Part shown: positions 12,517 through 25,519 of the stretch, piece by piece
Position numbering within the stretch: the stretch's first letter is position 1
Layout: each line of letters opens with the position of its first letter
Origin: Paramecium tetraurelia
Lineage: Eukaryota
Direction: 5' to 3'
Assembly: GCA_000165425.1 (NCBI GenBank)
Contig: CT868319.1
Coordinates: 248,001-312,000, forward strand
Length of the DNA stretch: 64,000 nucleotides
Notes under the pieces: model-generated
The model's input: only the letters and a program-made list of their open reading frames with translations
Database searches by the model: none
Told to the model about the DNA's origin: nothing
Program-made: the position numbers and the translations under genes

Positions 12517-14409
12517 TCAAATATCAAGTTATTTTATTTTATTTCTTATTTCAATATAATGGCCATAAGTTAATCTGACTGGTTTGCCATCAGCAATCTA
12601 TTCGATTTTTGAATCAATAGCAAATTCATAAGGATCTTCGAAACATTCTTAAATGAGAGAAGCCAATTAAAAGTAAGTGATTAAATAGTCAAGTAGAATC
12701 ACACCTCCTTCTATATCCATGGGTAATAATTATTAAGTGTCTTAAACTACAATTTTGGATTCGAGTGAATATTCGATTTCCTTTATTGCAGTTCTTAAGA
12801 TAGAATTCAAAATAATATAGAAAGATTCATATTCAGTAAAATTGTCATCAAAAACAGCATCAAACTTTTTGTCAATTGCTAATAATGATTTTTAATCTGG
12901 ATTCTATAAGGACATCCAAACAGTATTGAATTAAAGAGTGTATTTTTGATTATATTGATGGATAGCTGTACACAATTTTGTATACTAGGGATTCTATACA
13001 TACTGCTAGAATTTCTCTAATCCAAGAGTGTTTTGTCCTTACATCACTTCATTTAAACAATTTAACTTAATCATGATGTTCTTGTTCACTAAAAACAATA
13101 GTTTTTCTCTCAAATAAGAGGTTTAAAAAAATCGATATTTGTCCATTAAAGCAGAAACCCTATATAAATATCTACAGAAGTTTAGCTGGGCCAAAATGAT
13201 GTAATCATTCTTCTTAGATTCACTCCAACTTTCCTCCTCTCTCTAACTTGAATGTTCTTGATTCATCTATTAACTTATTTAAGATTCCTTTCTTGACTCC
13301 TAGACTCTTTTGATTGACTTCAAAGGTTACTACATGATGGATTATTATGACTATTTAACAATGACAGTATTTTCCTTTCCATAATTTGATTCCCTGGTTT
13401 GAAATTAAATAGATTGTTTATTCTGAGTATCACCCAAAGGAGTTGCAATATTATTATTCTATAAGAGATGATGATGATTGTTTTGTTGATTACTCCTGAA
13501 CATACTAGAGAACCCATTGCCTTTAATAGGTTAGAGTTCTTGTTTTGACAACCAAACATGGCCTTCCAATTCTTCAACAGTGGCTCTTCTATTTTCATCT
13601 ACTATCAAACACCTGTAAATAAAATCCTTGCATTCATCTGAGATGTGTCCTGGGAATTGCACAGGCACAGTGGCCATTCTTTAAGCTAATTCTCTCTCAC
13701 TTCCAGCTTACCAGGGAACTTGCCCAAATAATAATTCATAAAGACTTACACCCAAAGCCCAAATATCAGATTTTTCTGAGTATCTGTTTTTGAATGCCTA
13801 GGGACTCATGTATAGAGGTGATCCTACATTGACATTAGGCATGGTGGCAGCAGTTTGGGGAGTGGTAGCAAATCCAAAGTCAGCTATTTTTGGAACTGAT
13901 GCTTTGAGTAGGATGTTGGCTGGCTTGAGATCTCTATGTACAATACCTAATTTAGTAGATAAATATGAGATACCCCTTTGTTTCATCTACTTGTAACCCT
14001 GGATGATACCATAGAATAATTTTTGCATATTCTACTCTTTTTAGACTCCTGTTTTAGTTACCAGTTATCCCAAGTCACCCTAGTCACAAAATTCAGTGAT
14101 CAGGTATGTATTATTTTCAGTGTAGTACACTTTGTATAATCTCATGATATTTGGAGAATTGAGTTGGGATAAGGCTTCAACTTCGGATCTCAGGAGTTGA
14201 TAATGCAGAGGAGTCTTGAGTCCTTTTTTATCGATCACTTTTATGGCGACTACCTCATTGGTTTCATCATTTCTGCCTTTATAGACAATGGAACTAAAGC
14301 CCTTTCCGATAGCATCTGATAGGGCATAACTGAAATTCTCTATAACTTTACGTGCATTGCCTGGAATGGGCGTAGCAGGCATCTGTCTTTATTGCTGTTA
14401 GACAAGCAT
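12517..14409 (-). CDS. Ser/Thr protein kinase (ULK-like ciliate family)
   Basis: [39 protein letters not shown]. Confidence 0.93.
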
Positions 14410-14481
14410 AATATTGTATATTTTTAATATTTAATTTCAACGGTAAGTGAATAAATTAATTATTATCATAAAGGGAAAAAT

Positions 14482-14949
14482 TCATTTCCTTTTATTTGTC
14501 GAATTGACTTTTTTTTGTTTTTGTCTTTTGATTTCATCATAATCCAACATGTCGTCATCATCCTTGATCAATTTCATATTCATTTTCACTTTGGTGCCAT
14601 TGACTTCCACATATTGCTTATTTTGGAGTGGTTGAGATTGAGATGTGGATAACCTGCTTGGATTTTACTAGGGTTGCAACAAAAATTGAGGAGGTATCAT
14701 TGATACATTCAAAGGTGAAATTGGAGACATCATTTGCTATTGGGACAACATTGGAGATATCTACATCTAAGGCATTTACTGGAATTGTTGTTACATCATC
14801 CAATAATTCCAGGGTTGAGGTGACCTTTAAATCCTATCAATAATTTACATCATAGGATAACAGAACTATTGCTATAAAGGGGACTACTATTATTATTGCT
14901 GCTATTTGTTTTTGATCATGGCCAAATAATCCTAATTTGGAAAACTCAT
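14482..14949 (-). CDS. Q/P/M-rich low-complexity protein with basic C-terminus (155 aa)
   Basis: 468-nt ORF MSFPNQDYLAMIKNKQQQ...PQPWNYWMMQQQFQQMPQ...KRQKQKKVNSTNKRK*. Confidence 0.75.
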
Positions 14950-14995
14950 TTATCTAAAAAATATTTAATTTTAAATATATTTATATAAATCTCTC

Positions 14996-16803
14996 TCATA
15001 CTAAACACTTTTCCTATATCAGATCCTTATAAGCTCTAGTCCCCTGCAAATTCTCATCCATCAACAACCGAAACAAGTTATCCTGACTAATACTGATTCC
15101 TTACTCCAATCTATCCACATATGCCTTATGAATCTCCTATCCAATCTGATTTGTTATCAAATCCTTCCCTTTCTACTTCTTTGACTCCAACTCGGTTAAT
15201 AATTTCCCAATTATTCTTTGAAACCTCATAAATCTACTTCTCAGATATGCATTCGAAATCTCAATCATGTCCTGCACCATCTTAAAATGCTGCTGTTTCC
15301 TTGCTTCAGTTGTATTCAGAGTTTAAGGGTTATAATTGATCTCCATGATATGCAGATCCAAATCATCGGTTAACAAGAAGTCTGCTGCAAAAAATTCACC
15401 TAATTTACTGTCTTTTGCAAATGTGTGCTGAGTACTTCGGATTGCATGGATGATCATCCTGTCAACCTTAGGCAATAACTCATTTTGCAACCACTTATTG
15501 TTCTCAATTCTACCTTCCTTCAATAAGATTTCCTATAGGTGATCCAACTTCCAATCTATAAACAAAGTGTCCTCTTAACTGCTGATCTCATCGTTATTAT
15601 TATCATCATCATCATCAGTCTCATCACTATCATTATCATTGTCATCATCCTCATTCTACATTTTCTTTAAAGTACTTTTCACTATGGCTGTATTACACAC
15701 ATGAGCTCCCTTTAATAGAGAAAATTTATCAAAAGGATATATACACCTACGAATCAGAGTTTTATCATAAGCATATGCGATAATTGGATTTGTGGATGCC
15801 AAGATCCAATACACTCTAAATTCAATCTTATGTCCCTTGTACAACAGAGGATTGACAATATATTATTGAGCCACTTTGAATGTTTTCACTGATCCACACA
15901 ATTCTCCTTTATCGAATTTCTTATTCAACTCCTCTTTCTCTTAAGGAAACAACATATTAATCCCACGACCTCTATGTACTTCCTTTCCCATTTTAATAAT
16001 AAACTAAGGACCATCCTTCGTAATTTTGTCTTCATAGACTTTAGAGTTTATGTATGTAAAAAACTGCAAACACTCATTCTCGTTGAATAATCTATAGGTT
16101 TTAGGTAAATAGGTTGCATTAGCCTTTTATTTAAATTTATATGGATACTATACAAACCGCATCTACTCCATTTTAACGAAGACTTCGCAGATAATTCATC
16201 TAGTTTGTCATCAATCTATTTTTGTGAGACAAGGATGCTCTTTAAGGCATATGATTATACTTTTAGAATAAACATAAAGATTCTATGATTAATTAGATTA
16301 TTACATTATCCAATCTTAAAGTAATGGACCAATTAATCGTAATAAGTAAATGGTAATGTAAGTTTGAGAGGTAGTTTAAACTAATGAGGCTCTTCAATAA
16401 TTAGGAAACATACAGTCTTTATTATTTCTATGCAGATTAACGTTAGGCAAGACATCAAAGAAATGTTATTACAATGCTTCTTTCACCACACCTCTATATT
16501 CTCTGAAGGTATATGTGTCATTCATAATCACATCTGGATGGTAGTACTTGTAAGTGTCTGATTTGATGCAATAATCATGCTGAGGCTAAACGAGAATGGT
16601 GTTAAACTTAAAATTGAAATGATATTTACTTCCTTCGTAAATGCTTCAGGAGAATAATAATTTTATGATATAAACTGATTCAATAAACCAATTACTACTT
16701 CCACACTCCCCTTATTTATATATGTAACTCTCGTCATGTAAACATGTCCTAATGAATATATAAATATGAAAGAAATCAATAACGTTATTGTATTCACAAA
16801 CAT
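14996..16803 (-). CDS. Tubulin-tyrosine ligase-like (TTLL, ATP-grasp) protein with N-terminal hydrophobic signal/anchor
   Basis: HRGRGI, AQQYIVNPLLYKGHKIEFRVY, FFAADFLLTDDLDLHIMEINYNP; N-terminus MFVNTITLLISFIFIYSLG. Confidence 0.88.
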
Positions 16804-16841
16804 ATTTAATAAATATTTTTATTTCAATATATTGTACAACA

Positions 16842-18114
16842 TCACCTAATTATACATTCATCCACTAACTTCTGATTGGGCTCAACAGATGCCAAAGTCC
16901 CCAAATTGCATTTATTCAATTCAGTCGCATGTCCAACAGCCGATTCATTTGACAAAATGCAATGTTGGATGATACAACTATATTTAATGTGACAATAACA
17001 TTTACTTAGAATTAATGACTACATTCTTCATAATAATGGAATTACTAATTTTAACATGATCTCCAATGGTGCAATTCTTGCCAATAATTGATCTCTGAAT
17101 GGTAACCTTATTGCCAATTCTCGTTCCTTCACCAATGACTGTGTCAGGACTAATACGAGCATCTTGAGGGTATTAATTTTGGATTTGGAAATCTTGTACA
17201 GTTTAATAGAGTGAAATTCCTTTATTTCCTTTTATCATGCTTTCATAATTGGCTTATTGATAATCTTTGATGTTGTTCAATCTTCTTGCATAGTCTTAAG
17301 TGATGAACACTTTAATAGAGAACTGCTATTGTTTTCTTTCATTGAAGAGTCCTTACTCTTTTTTGGACATCAAATTTAGCAAATTCACATTCTTCTAATG
17401 TTTTATGATATAGGGCAAGAATTCTAATCTCCAATTTTAAATTTCTAATTCTTATTTACTTAGTTTTTGAAACAATTCGAGTACTTCATATTGACAAACA
17501 TAGACGTGAGTATCAAATAAATTGGTCATTATTTGTACACTCTAGCAACTTAATAGAACATTTCGACTCACTTAAAGATTAACTTGATCATCATCTTCTT
17601 GACTAGTGATATGTAACAGGCTCTGATCGGAACCTATAAACATGATATCGAAAGATTCGTCTAGATTGCAAGAAATGGGAGCTCTTCCTTATTTTTTATC
17701 TAAGTCTTCTTCCTTAATCAAACAAGTGATAGTTGCTTTTTTTGAATAGTGAAAATCCAACAAATCTAAGATATTGGCTCCGATCATACTGTCACAAGAC
17801 AGAAGTATGAAATCCTTCTTTATTTTTTCATGTGCTTCCAATAATGCAGATCCTGATTCAGAATCTTCGCTAACATAAAATATTTCTGCTCTTCTCTAAA
17901 CTAAATCAGCTACAGCTTAATGATTTTTAGTTAACAAAATTAAGATGTCTTATGGTCCAAATCCAGCTGTTTCCAATAAATCTAGTTAGTAGAGAATCAT
18001 TGGTTTATTGCATATTGGCAAGAGACTTTTGGAATAATCTTGGCAGAGTGGAAATAACATGCTTCCAGCTTTTTGTCCACCTCCAAGTATGATTGCTTGA
18101 TATTTGATTTGCAT
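16842..18114 (-). CDS. EIF2B3: Translation initiation factor eIF2B gamma subunit
   Basis: YQAIILGGG..SKSLLPICNKPMILYQL, DFILLSCD, C-terminal hexapeptide left-handed beta-helix. Confidence 0.85.
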
Positions 18115-18159
18115 TAATTATTAAAGAATAAATATATATAAATAATTAATCTATATTTA

Positions 18160-18515
18160 TCATATGATCAATAATTTATTTGGGCAATTTCTCTACTTGC
18201 ATTTTGCTAAATTTTATACTTTCGCATAAGAATTAGTACTTAAACATAAATCATACTATTTAATTAATTAACAATCTTACTGCTGCCTTGCTCCTCTAGA
18301 TTCCAGCTGGTGACAAGTCATCCATAGCTGTCTAATAACAATCAGCAATTTATTTTTTGCTAGAATAAATGATCTATTGATTACCAAGTCGAATCTTTCC
18401 GACAAGCCTCAACTTCGGCACTGCAATATTGAGTTAAGCAGTCACTATGGGTAGTGGTTTCTTGAATAGAAAATACTATCGAAATGATTGTAAGGAACAA
18501 TAAAAATTTCTTCAT
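18160..18515 (-). CDS. Small secreted 8-cysteine protein
   Basis: Signal MKKFLLFLTIISIVFS; CLTQYCSAEVEACRKDSTCKKQIADC; two 25-nt introns. Confidence 0.8.
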
Positions 18516-18567
18516 TGGTTATTTAAAAATAATAATATCTGAATAAAAACGCTTAGTGTTATTCTAA

Positions 18568-18941
18568 TCAAGCTATAATTTTCTCCAAATTTCTTATATC
18601 GATGTCTATGCCAATCAAATTGTTTTTAAGACAATGCTTTGTTTAACACTCGGTAATGGTTCTTGCAATTTGATGAGTTCTCATACAATAATTAAACTAA
18701 ACAAATGATTCTAATCTTTTACATCATCATATGCGTGTTCAGTTCCTTAATACGTTTTAGAATCTTATGCCTTTTTAACACTCTTTCTAAAGTCATTTGC
18801 ACAATCAGCGAGGTGTTGCTGACAAGTCGCATCTTCCTTACATTATTTAATTTCAGTTGAACAGAAAGCTTAAACACAATTGTCATCTGCATATGTTGCA
18901 GTGATGAATGTGACTATAAATATAATGACCAAAAGTCTCAT
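18568..18941 (-). CDS. Small secreted 8-cysteine protein (tandem paralog)
   Basis: Signal MRLLVIIFIVTFITATYA; CVQAFCSTEIKQCKEDATCQQHLADC; one intron. Confidence 0.8.
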
Positions 18942-19065
18942 ATTTAAAATTAATTTAATAATATTCTAAAGAATTATAATGATTATTAACAATTATTTGT
19001 TTAATTTCCCCTAAGTCTCTAATTATTAAGATGTTACGTAATTTATTAGATATCATTAATAATAA

Positions 19066-20309
19066 ATGCTTCCTAAGTTTATTAAACTAAGAGCTAGTTT
19101 CTCCCTTCTTAACTTCAATTTCATTTCTAATCTATCTCCAGAAATAGAAGAATTGCGATCTCATGTCACCAAATTTGCTGCAGAGGAAGTAGCTCCATTG
19201 GCTGACAAGGCAGATGAAGAAGGCAAGTTTCCACCACATTTATGGAGAAAGATGGGAGATCTGGGATTATTAGGAGCCACAGTTGATCGTAATGCCTAAT
19301 TGTGATTATTTAGCTGCTTACGGTGGATCAGGATTATCCTATTCTGCTCATTGTATGATATTGGAAGAAATCAGCAGAGCCTCTGGTGGTATTGGATTGA
19401 GTTACTCTGCTCATAGTGCTTTAAATGTAGCTCAACTTCAAAGACATGGAAATGAAGCTTAGAAAAAGAAATACCTACCCAAATTGTGTTCAGGAGAGTG
19501 GATTGGAGCTTTGGCTATGAGTGAACCAAATGCTGGATCAGATGTTGTATCTATGAAGACAACAGCCAAAAAAGTTGGTGATAAATATATTCTCAATGGA
19601 AGTAAGATGTGGATCACTAATGGACCTGTTGCAGATGTCATTGTGGTTTATGCCAAAACAGAACCTGAAAAGAAACAACATGGAATTACTGCTTTTATTG
19701 TAGAAGCAGGAATGAAAGGATTTTCAAGAGGCAAAAAATTAGATAAAATTGGAATGAAGTCTTCTGACACTGGACCTATCTATTTTGACAACGTAGAAGT
19801 CCCTGCAGAAAATGTACTTGGTGAAGTCAATAAAGGAGTTTATGTTTTGATGAGTGGATTAGATTATGAGAGATTAGTGTTGGCTGCTGGACCTGTTGGA
19901 TTGATGCAAGCTGCATTTGATATCTCAAGAGAATACTGCAACACCAGATAATAATTTGGAAAACCTATTGGGCAATTTTAATTGATGCAAGGCAAATTGG
20001 CTGAGATGTACACTACTTTGTAAGCCAGCAGGGCTATGCTCTATTCAGTTTCTCGTGCTGTTGATGCAGGGAATATAACTAATACAGTAATACATACTTA
20101 TCTATTTTTAGGATTGTGCAGCTTTGATTTATTATACTTCTGTTAATGCCACTCAAGTTGGATTGGAAGCTATTCAATGTTTAGGTGGAAATGGATATAC
20201 CTAAGAATATCCAGTTGGAAGGATTATGAACGATGCCAAACTCTATGAAATAGGAGCAGGAACAACTGAAATTAGGAAATGGTTGATTGGTAGATAATTG
20301 ACTTAATGA
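19066..20309 (+). CDS. IVD: Isovaleryl-CoA dehydrogenase, mitochondrial
   Basis: [64 protein letters not shown]; 25-nt intron 19289-19313 and a second near 20086. Confidence 0.96.
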
Positions 20310-20386
20310 TCCTCCAACATAACATTGTTAACAAATATATTTATTATCAAAAGTTTTTAAATAATTCTATAAAATTAAAAAACTTA

Positions 20387-21500
20387 TCAACATATTTGTT
20401 TTGTTTTGGAGATGTATTCGTAGATATTGATTAGATTGTATTAATACTATTAGTTGATTTGCCATCGACATCATCATGTGAAGTCTTCATTTTTTTATTT
20501 GGCGTTAAACTATGTAAAATTAACAAAATCATTTACTATTTAACATCGTGAACAACTTTTAGTGCGATATTTTTTTGTTTGACCTTCAATTTCAAGGACT
20601 CATTTTCATAATGATTGAAAATGTTATGTGTTTTCATATTAGTCTTTACCCATTTACACAAATAAATTTGTTGAACAGTTGGTCTGAGTTCAGGATTCTT
20701 GATTAACAGAGCCTGAATTAGGTTGATTAAATCCTCGCTAACTCCATCACTTCTAAAAATTAATAATTGGTTAGTAGTTATATTTTAGATCAATTCCAGT
20801 TGATTATGTCCATTGAATGGGAAAGAACCATGCAACAATTCCTATATTGATAGAATTTCAAAATACATAGAGGATAACTCCCAATGACCAAGTATCAACT
20901 TTAAAATCCAGTACTTATTTTGATACTACTTCAGGCGGCATATACTCAGTTGTACCACACATCACATTTTCGACTGGTAACTGTTGAACCTTGATAGCCC
21001 ATCCAAAATCACATAATTTTAGAGTTCCATCCTCGTGAATTAAGACATTTTCGAACTACTTAGAATTTTGATGATTACTTTTAAATCCCTGTGTATGATG
21101 TTATGCTAATGAAGATAATCAACTCCACTTAGAATTTGATGGAAAATCTAGAATACTTCATCTTCAGTGAATTGAGTCTTGGGATTAATTAGATGACCCT
21201 TGCTACAATATTCAAGTAGAATATAGATGTTGTTTTAATCTTCCCAATATGAATAAAATTTCACAATATTTTTATGATTACAAGAAGAATGAATGGCAAT
21301 CTCACTCTAGATCATCTGGGAAGCATTGTACATGTTAATTAGATGTTTCGAAATCTTCATAATCCTATTGAAATATTTACAATTTTGCAAGCAAACTCAT
21401 ATTGAGTGTTGAGATCTTTGACCAAATACACGGATCCAAAAGAACCTGAACCCAATTACTTAATTGTTTAGTAAAAGTTACCACATCCAGTAATAATCAT
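20387..21500 (-). CDS. Aurora-like Ser/Thr kinase
   Basis: LGSGSFGSVYL, HRDLK, LCDFGWA, CGTTEYMPPE; 3 small introns. Confidence 0.9.
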
Positions 21501-21785
21501 TATATTTTTAATTAAATTAATTTTACCGATTGCCCTCTCTCAGTAATATAGAGTTTAAATGTTCTTAATATGTAAATAATTTGTTAATTCATAAGAAATA
21601 CTTGTATTAAACAAAAATTCTATATGCGAAATTTCGAAAAGGAATATTCATAAAAGCCATTTCAATTGTAATAGTTTGAAATGGAAAATTGAATTTAACA
21701 TTATTTTTAATTAATATAAATGTTTATATGGACTATTAATTATAATAATATAATTTATTAGTAAATAATATAATACACATTTTAA

Positions 21786-22801
21786 TCATACAGACTTTAT
21801 TCTTTCTTCTTCTAATTATGGATTACTTCCATTACTCTAATTTGTATCTAAAAATAGAAAATTAGTATTACCATCTTTACTAGATCCTCCATTCTGTTCG
21901 TTGTTGTTATCAGAACTTCCAGCTCCGTTGCTCATAGTGTTTTGATTTGTATTATTGAATTTTTGAACCATGTCTAAATTATTAATTTGGTTATAATACT
22001 TTGTATTTATTCACTAGAATTAGGAGAAGCATTGGTCAATTTAAATAGCAATTGGCACATCAAATCATTATAGGTTTGGCGCTTGCTCTTGATGACACTA
22101 AATTCCATAAATATAGAATGATAGGACTCAACCAGCGTGGATTAAGTGTTTTAAAACTAATAGCATTACAAAAATATACCTGTTCTACTTGTTTACTTAT
22201 GAAGTTGGATTCGATGTTGATGTTCTATATGTCTTATTTCAAAGAATTATATTTCTCAAATAAGTCTTCCTGAATTTTTTTCACTTTGTTGTTTTTCATT
22301 TTAATGGATTTTTCCTTTTTGGCCTTGACCCCGCCATTTCTCCTGGGTATATTGACTAACAGGTTTCTAGATTAATATGTTTCAAATACTCCATGTTTCT
22401 CCTGAAATAATAGTGACTGAACTCATTTTGATTGTTGACATTACGAATTTTCTTGAATCCGTACATATTTAATTGTCTAATAAAAGAACTGAAGTTATGG
22501 TGTTTAAAATGGGTTGGGAGGATCTCATTACTCAATTTGCTTTGATCTTTAACGACAAATGCATTGCCCTTATCAGTAAATCCAATGATATCTTCGTTTT
22601 CAGGATTCTAAAAGTTATTAAAATCAAATGAATATATTTAATAATTCGAGAATTTAATTCCTAAAATCATCAAAATTTCTGATGATCAATTTAGGAATAT
22701 TCGTAGATGTGTAAAATGTTTAATACCATAACGATGTCGTAGGTTTTGTGTAAGAAGTTTGGTACTCCTTTTTTCATACTTTTAGTTTTCTTGTAGGACA
22801 T
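21786..22801 (-). CDS. Heat shock factor (HSF)-type transcription factor
   Basis: GVPNFLHKTYDIVM|NPENEDIIGF..AFVV..ILPTHFKHHNFSSFIRQLNMYGFKK..EFSH..F; followed by coiled coil; needs a 119-nt first intron. Confidence 0.92.
22608..22726 (-). other. Atypically long (119 nt) intron containing a stem-loop
   Basis: GTATTA...TTTTAG joins the HSF domain in frame; inverted repeat at 22657-22698. Confidence 0.8.
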
Positions 22802-23203
22802 TCCAAAGTGTTCTTGATATATATTTTGCAAATTAAAAAAATTATTAAAATATCTGATTATCTATGTGCCTTTTAGTCATATTATTATAGAATAATAAAA
22901 CAATAAGTTGATTTTGCCATAAGAGAACACAAACTTCATAGAATAACACAACATTCTCAAAATAAATATCTGTTAACAAATGATTTCTCAATATTCAAAT
23001 TTCCACAGTCTAGAATAACTAAAATAAAGTCATAGATAGAGGTAGTAGGTGTTAAAGGATAAAGAAATGAAAATTAATTACGGTAACTTCAAATTAAAAA
23101 AATCGAACAAATTACTAGAACAAAATATTTCGATTTATTAGCTGATCAATCAGAATGGTTCTTTTTCTTTAAATGATACAAAAATATAAAAAAATAACAA
23201 TGA

Positions 23204-25501
23204 TCATAATACCATTTTCTCGATATTTAATTCATTCTTTCTATTCTGAGTAATACCGAGTTATGAAAAAAATTTTAAAAGGTTTGAAGTAAATTTAGCC
23301 AGATCAAGCTATATTGAAAAGGTCTTCTCAACTTAAATACCTTTAGAAATTTGTGTCATTAAGAAGGCTATCACAGTATTCGTTTTTGAGTTTTCTTTAA
23401 TTTTTTCATGTGGAGAGTAGACAATGTTCCATTTCAACAAAGATAAAGTCTTCATCAATTTCTAATTATACTCCATCTCTAAGAATCTTAGACAACACAT
23501 CAAAAATGGATTATTCAATAAACCATTTTGGGCTATGTGTGATTATGCCATACTTTATGATCCAACACCATTAATTAAGCTATCATAAAAATAAATAGTT
23601 TATTAAGCTAGATTGATATTGATGAGTATGGTTTCTAATCCAGCTGCAATCACGATGGGTATAAGAATGATATCAAATTTATCAAATATCGTGTTGTCTT
23701 TGCCAATATATTTGGACGTGTAAACAGAAGCAGATTGATAAGAGATACTATCAGGATTGTTATGTTCTTTAATTAAAGTCTTGTAGAAAGTGGTAGATAG
23801 ATAGAAGATTCTCAATTTTAATTGTTTCAGAGTCCCTTACTATTGAGAAGACTGCTTCTCCTCTAAATACTTGATATAAAAATTAAGTTGATTTTCAGTA
23901 ATTTCTCCTTTATTTTGTAAAAGATTGATCTCTTAATAGGTGATTTGTTTATTGTATCTTGAACAGACAACTGTGTTTTATGGGGAGGGTTTGAATTGAG
24001 GATCAATAGATCTGGAGATATTAACACTGCTCTGCAATTATAAATTTTAACTGAACGATTTAGAGACATTGAAACTTGGTTGTATTACTGGATTAATAGG
24101 TTTGTTGTATCGATCACTCGATTTGCTATAGGAGAGTGTTTGCATTTAAGGAGAATATGGAACTTTGAGAGATTGCTAACTAATGTTTGCTTGTGAGGAC
24201 TCTTATGATTTCGTACTTAATGGGATGAGGGGTTTCAAATTTTGTAATGTTTACTCATTCAATCTGCTATAATATTCAGTAACTAATTTAGAGTATTTAG
24301 GAGGATCATGTTGATAATAATAATTGAGTAACTATTGGAATTGAATATATTGTTAATATTGTTGTTTCATCTACTCCTACTGTTATTCAAACTATTTATT
24401 GTTAATTTACTATTGATAGTATTTTTCATATTATTGTAGCAACACTTACAATTATTCACCTTTCAATTTAACAATCAATTCATCTTTTCCTGAGCCATCT
24501 TTCTTAACCATCAAATCTCCATTACCTTTCAAATATTTCTGCAAGAACACAGTTGGATGTTAAGGTTCAATTTGTTTAAGTTCCTAAATGACTTACTATT
24601 TGAATTATTCAATTAGATAATTATATTCTTCCTTTGAAAATTCAATCATCTCATCGGTGACTTTGCCGTGTCTCACTCTCGAAACACTAAGTGATTTATC
24701 AAATGAGGAACGCTATTTCATAGAATATAGCGAATCATCTAACATAGGTGCTTCTCCAATTTTGGATCTATCAGGATTGAATTCTATTGGTTTGAGTCCT
24801 TATTTGATGGAAAGGTCTGGGTTCGAATGCATGTGTGACTTTTAGGAATTGCTTTAGTTCTATTAATAATCCATTTATTCTTTGTATTGTCTGTGCAGTT
24901 CGAACAAGAATAAATCTATTACTTTAACCATTTTCCTCCAATCTACAGCTGCTTCTTAATTGAATTCAAATATTAATTCCTATTCTTTGCATATATAATA
25001 GAGCATTTTGACCATTACAACTGTGTCTTCTTCAGCTATGGTCACAGTCTACCCTATATTTATTCTTTAATCCACCTTTATTCCTTCTTTCGCAAAAATA
25101 GTCTTAATTTTCCTCTAAGTGGATTCACTAAGAATATAGCTGTACAATGTCTTTTGTTGCGTTGAGTAAATACACAAAGACCATTCGTCTAAATATTAAA
25201 AGAAATAAAAAGTGTGAGTATATTCCTCATTAGGTTTTTCAATATTCCCATGATTGAAATTCTCATAATACTTTTCAGTTGTCTTCCACTTGGGAATCAT
25301 CGTTTTACAATATTGAACAATAAAATTGAGAATCACTAATTTAAGTTTCCTATCCTCATCAATTAAATATGGCCAAACATCTCTAAAAAGAAGTTCAATC
25401 CCAAATGCCTTAATGAAAATAGTCTTAGGTGTATGATATTCTATCTCCAATTCCATTTTCTTACGATTATACTCATAATCTTTATATTATTCAAATAACA
25501 T
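23204..25501 (-). CDS. Ulp1/SENP (peptidase C48)-like protein, 765 aa, apparently catalytically degenerate
   Basis: Intronless 2298 nt; EITENQLNFYIKYL, FYLSTTFYKTL, IFDKFDIILIPI, TIYFYDSL; canonical HW and DCG motifs absent. Confidence 0.75.
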
Positions 25502-25519
25502 ATAATTTTAAATATTCAC

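Noticed and set aside
22660..22690. Box C-like TGATGA in the long HSF intron (snoRNA hypothesis)
   Set aside because: No downstream CTGA box D on the sense strand, and the TGATGA is part of the hairpin stem; not fully excluded
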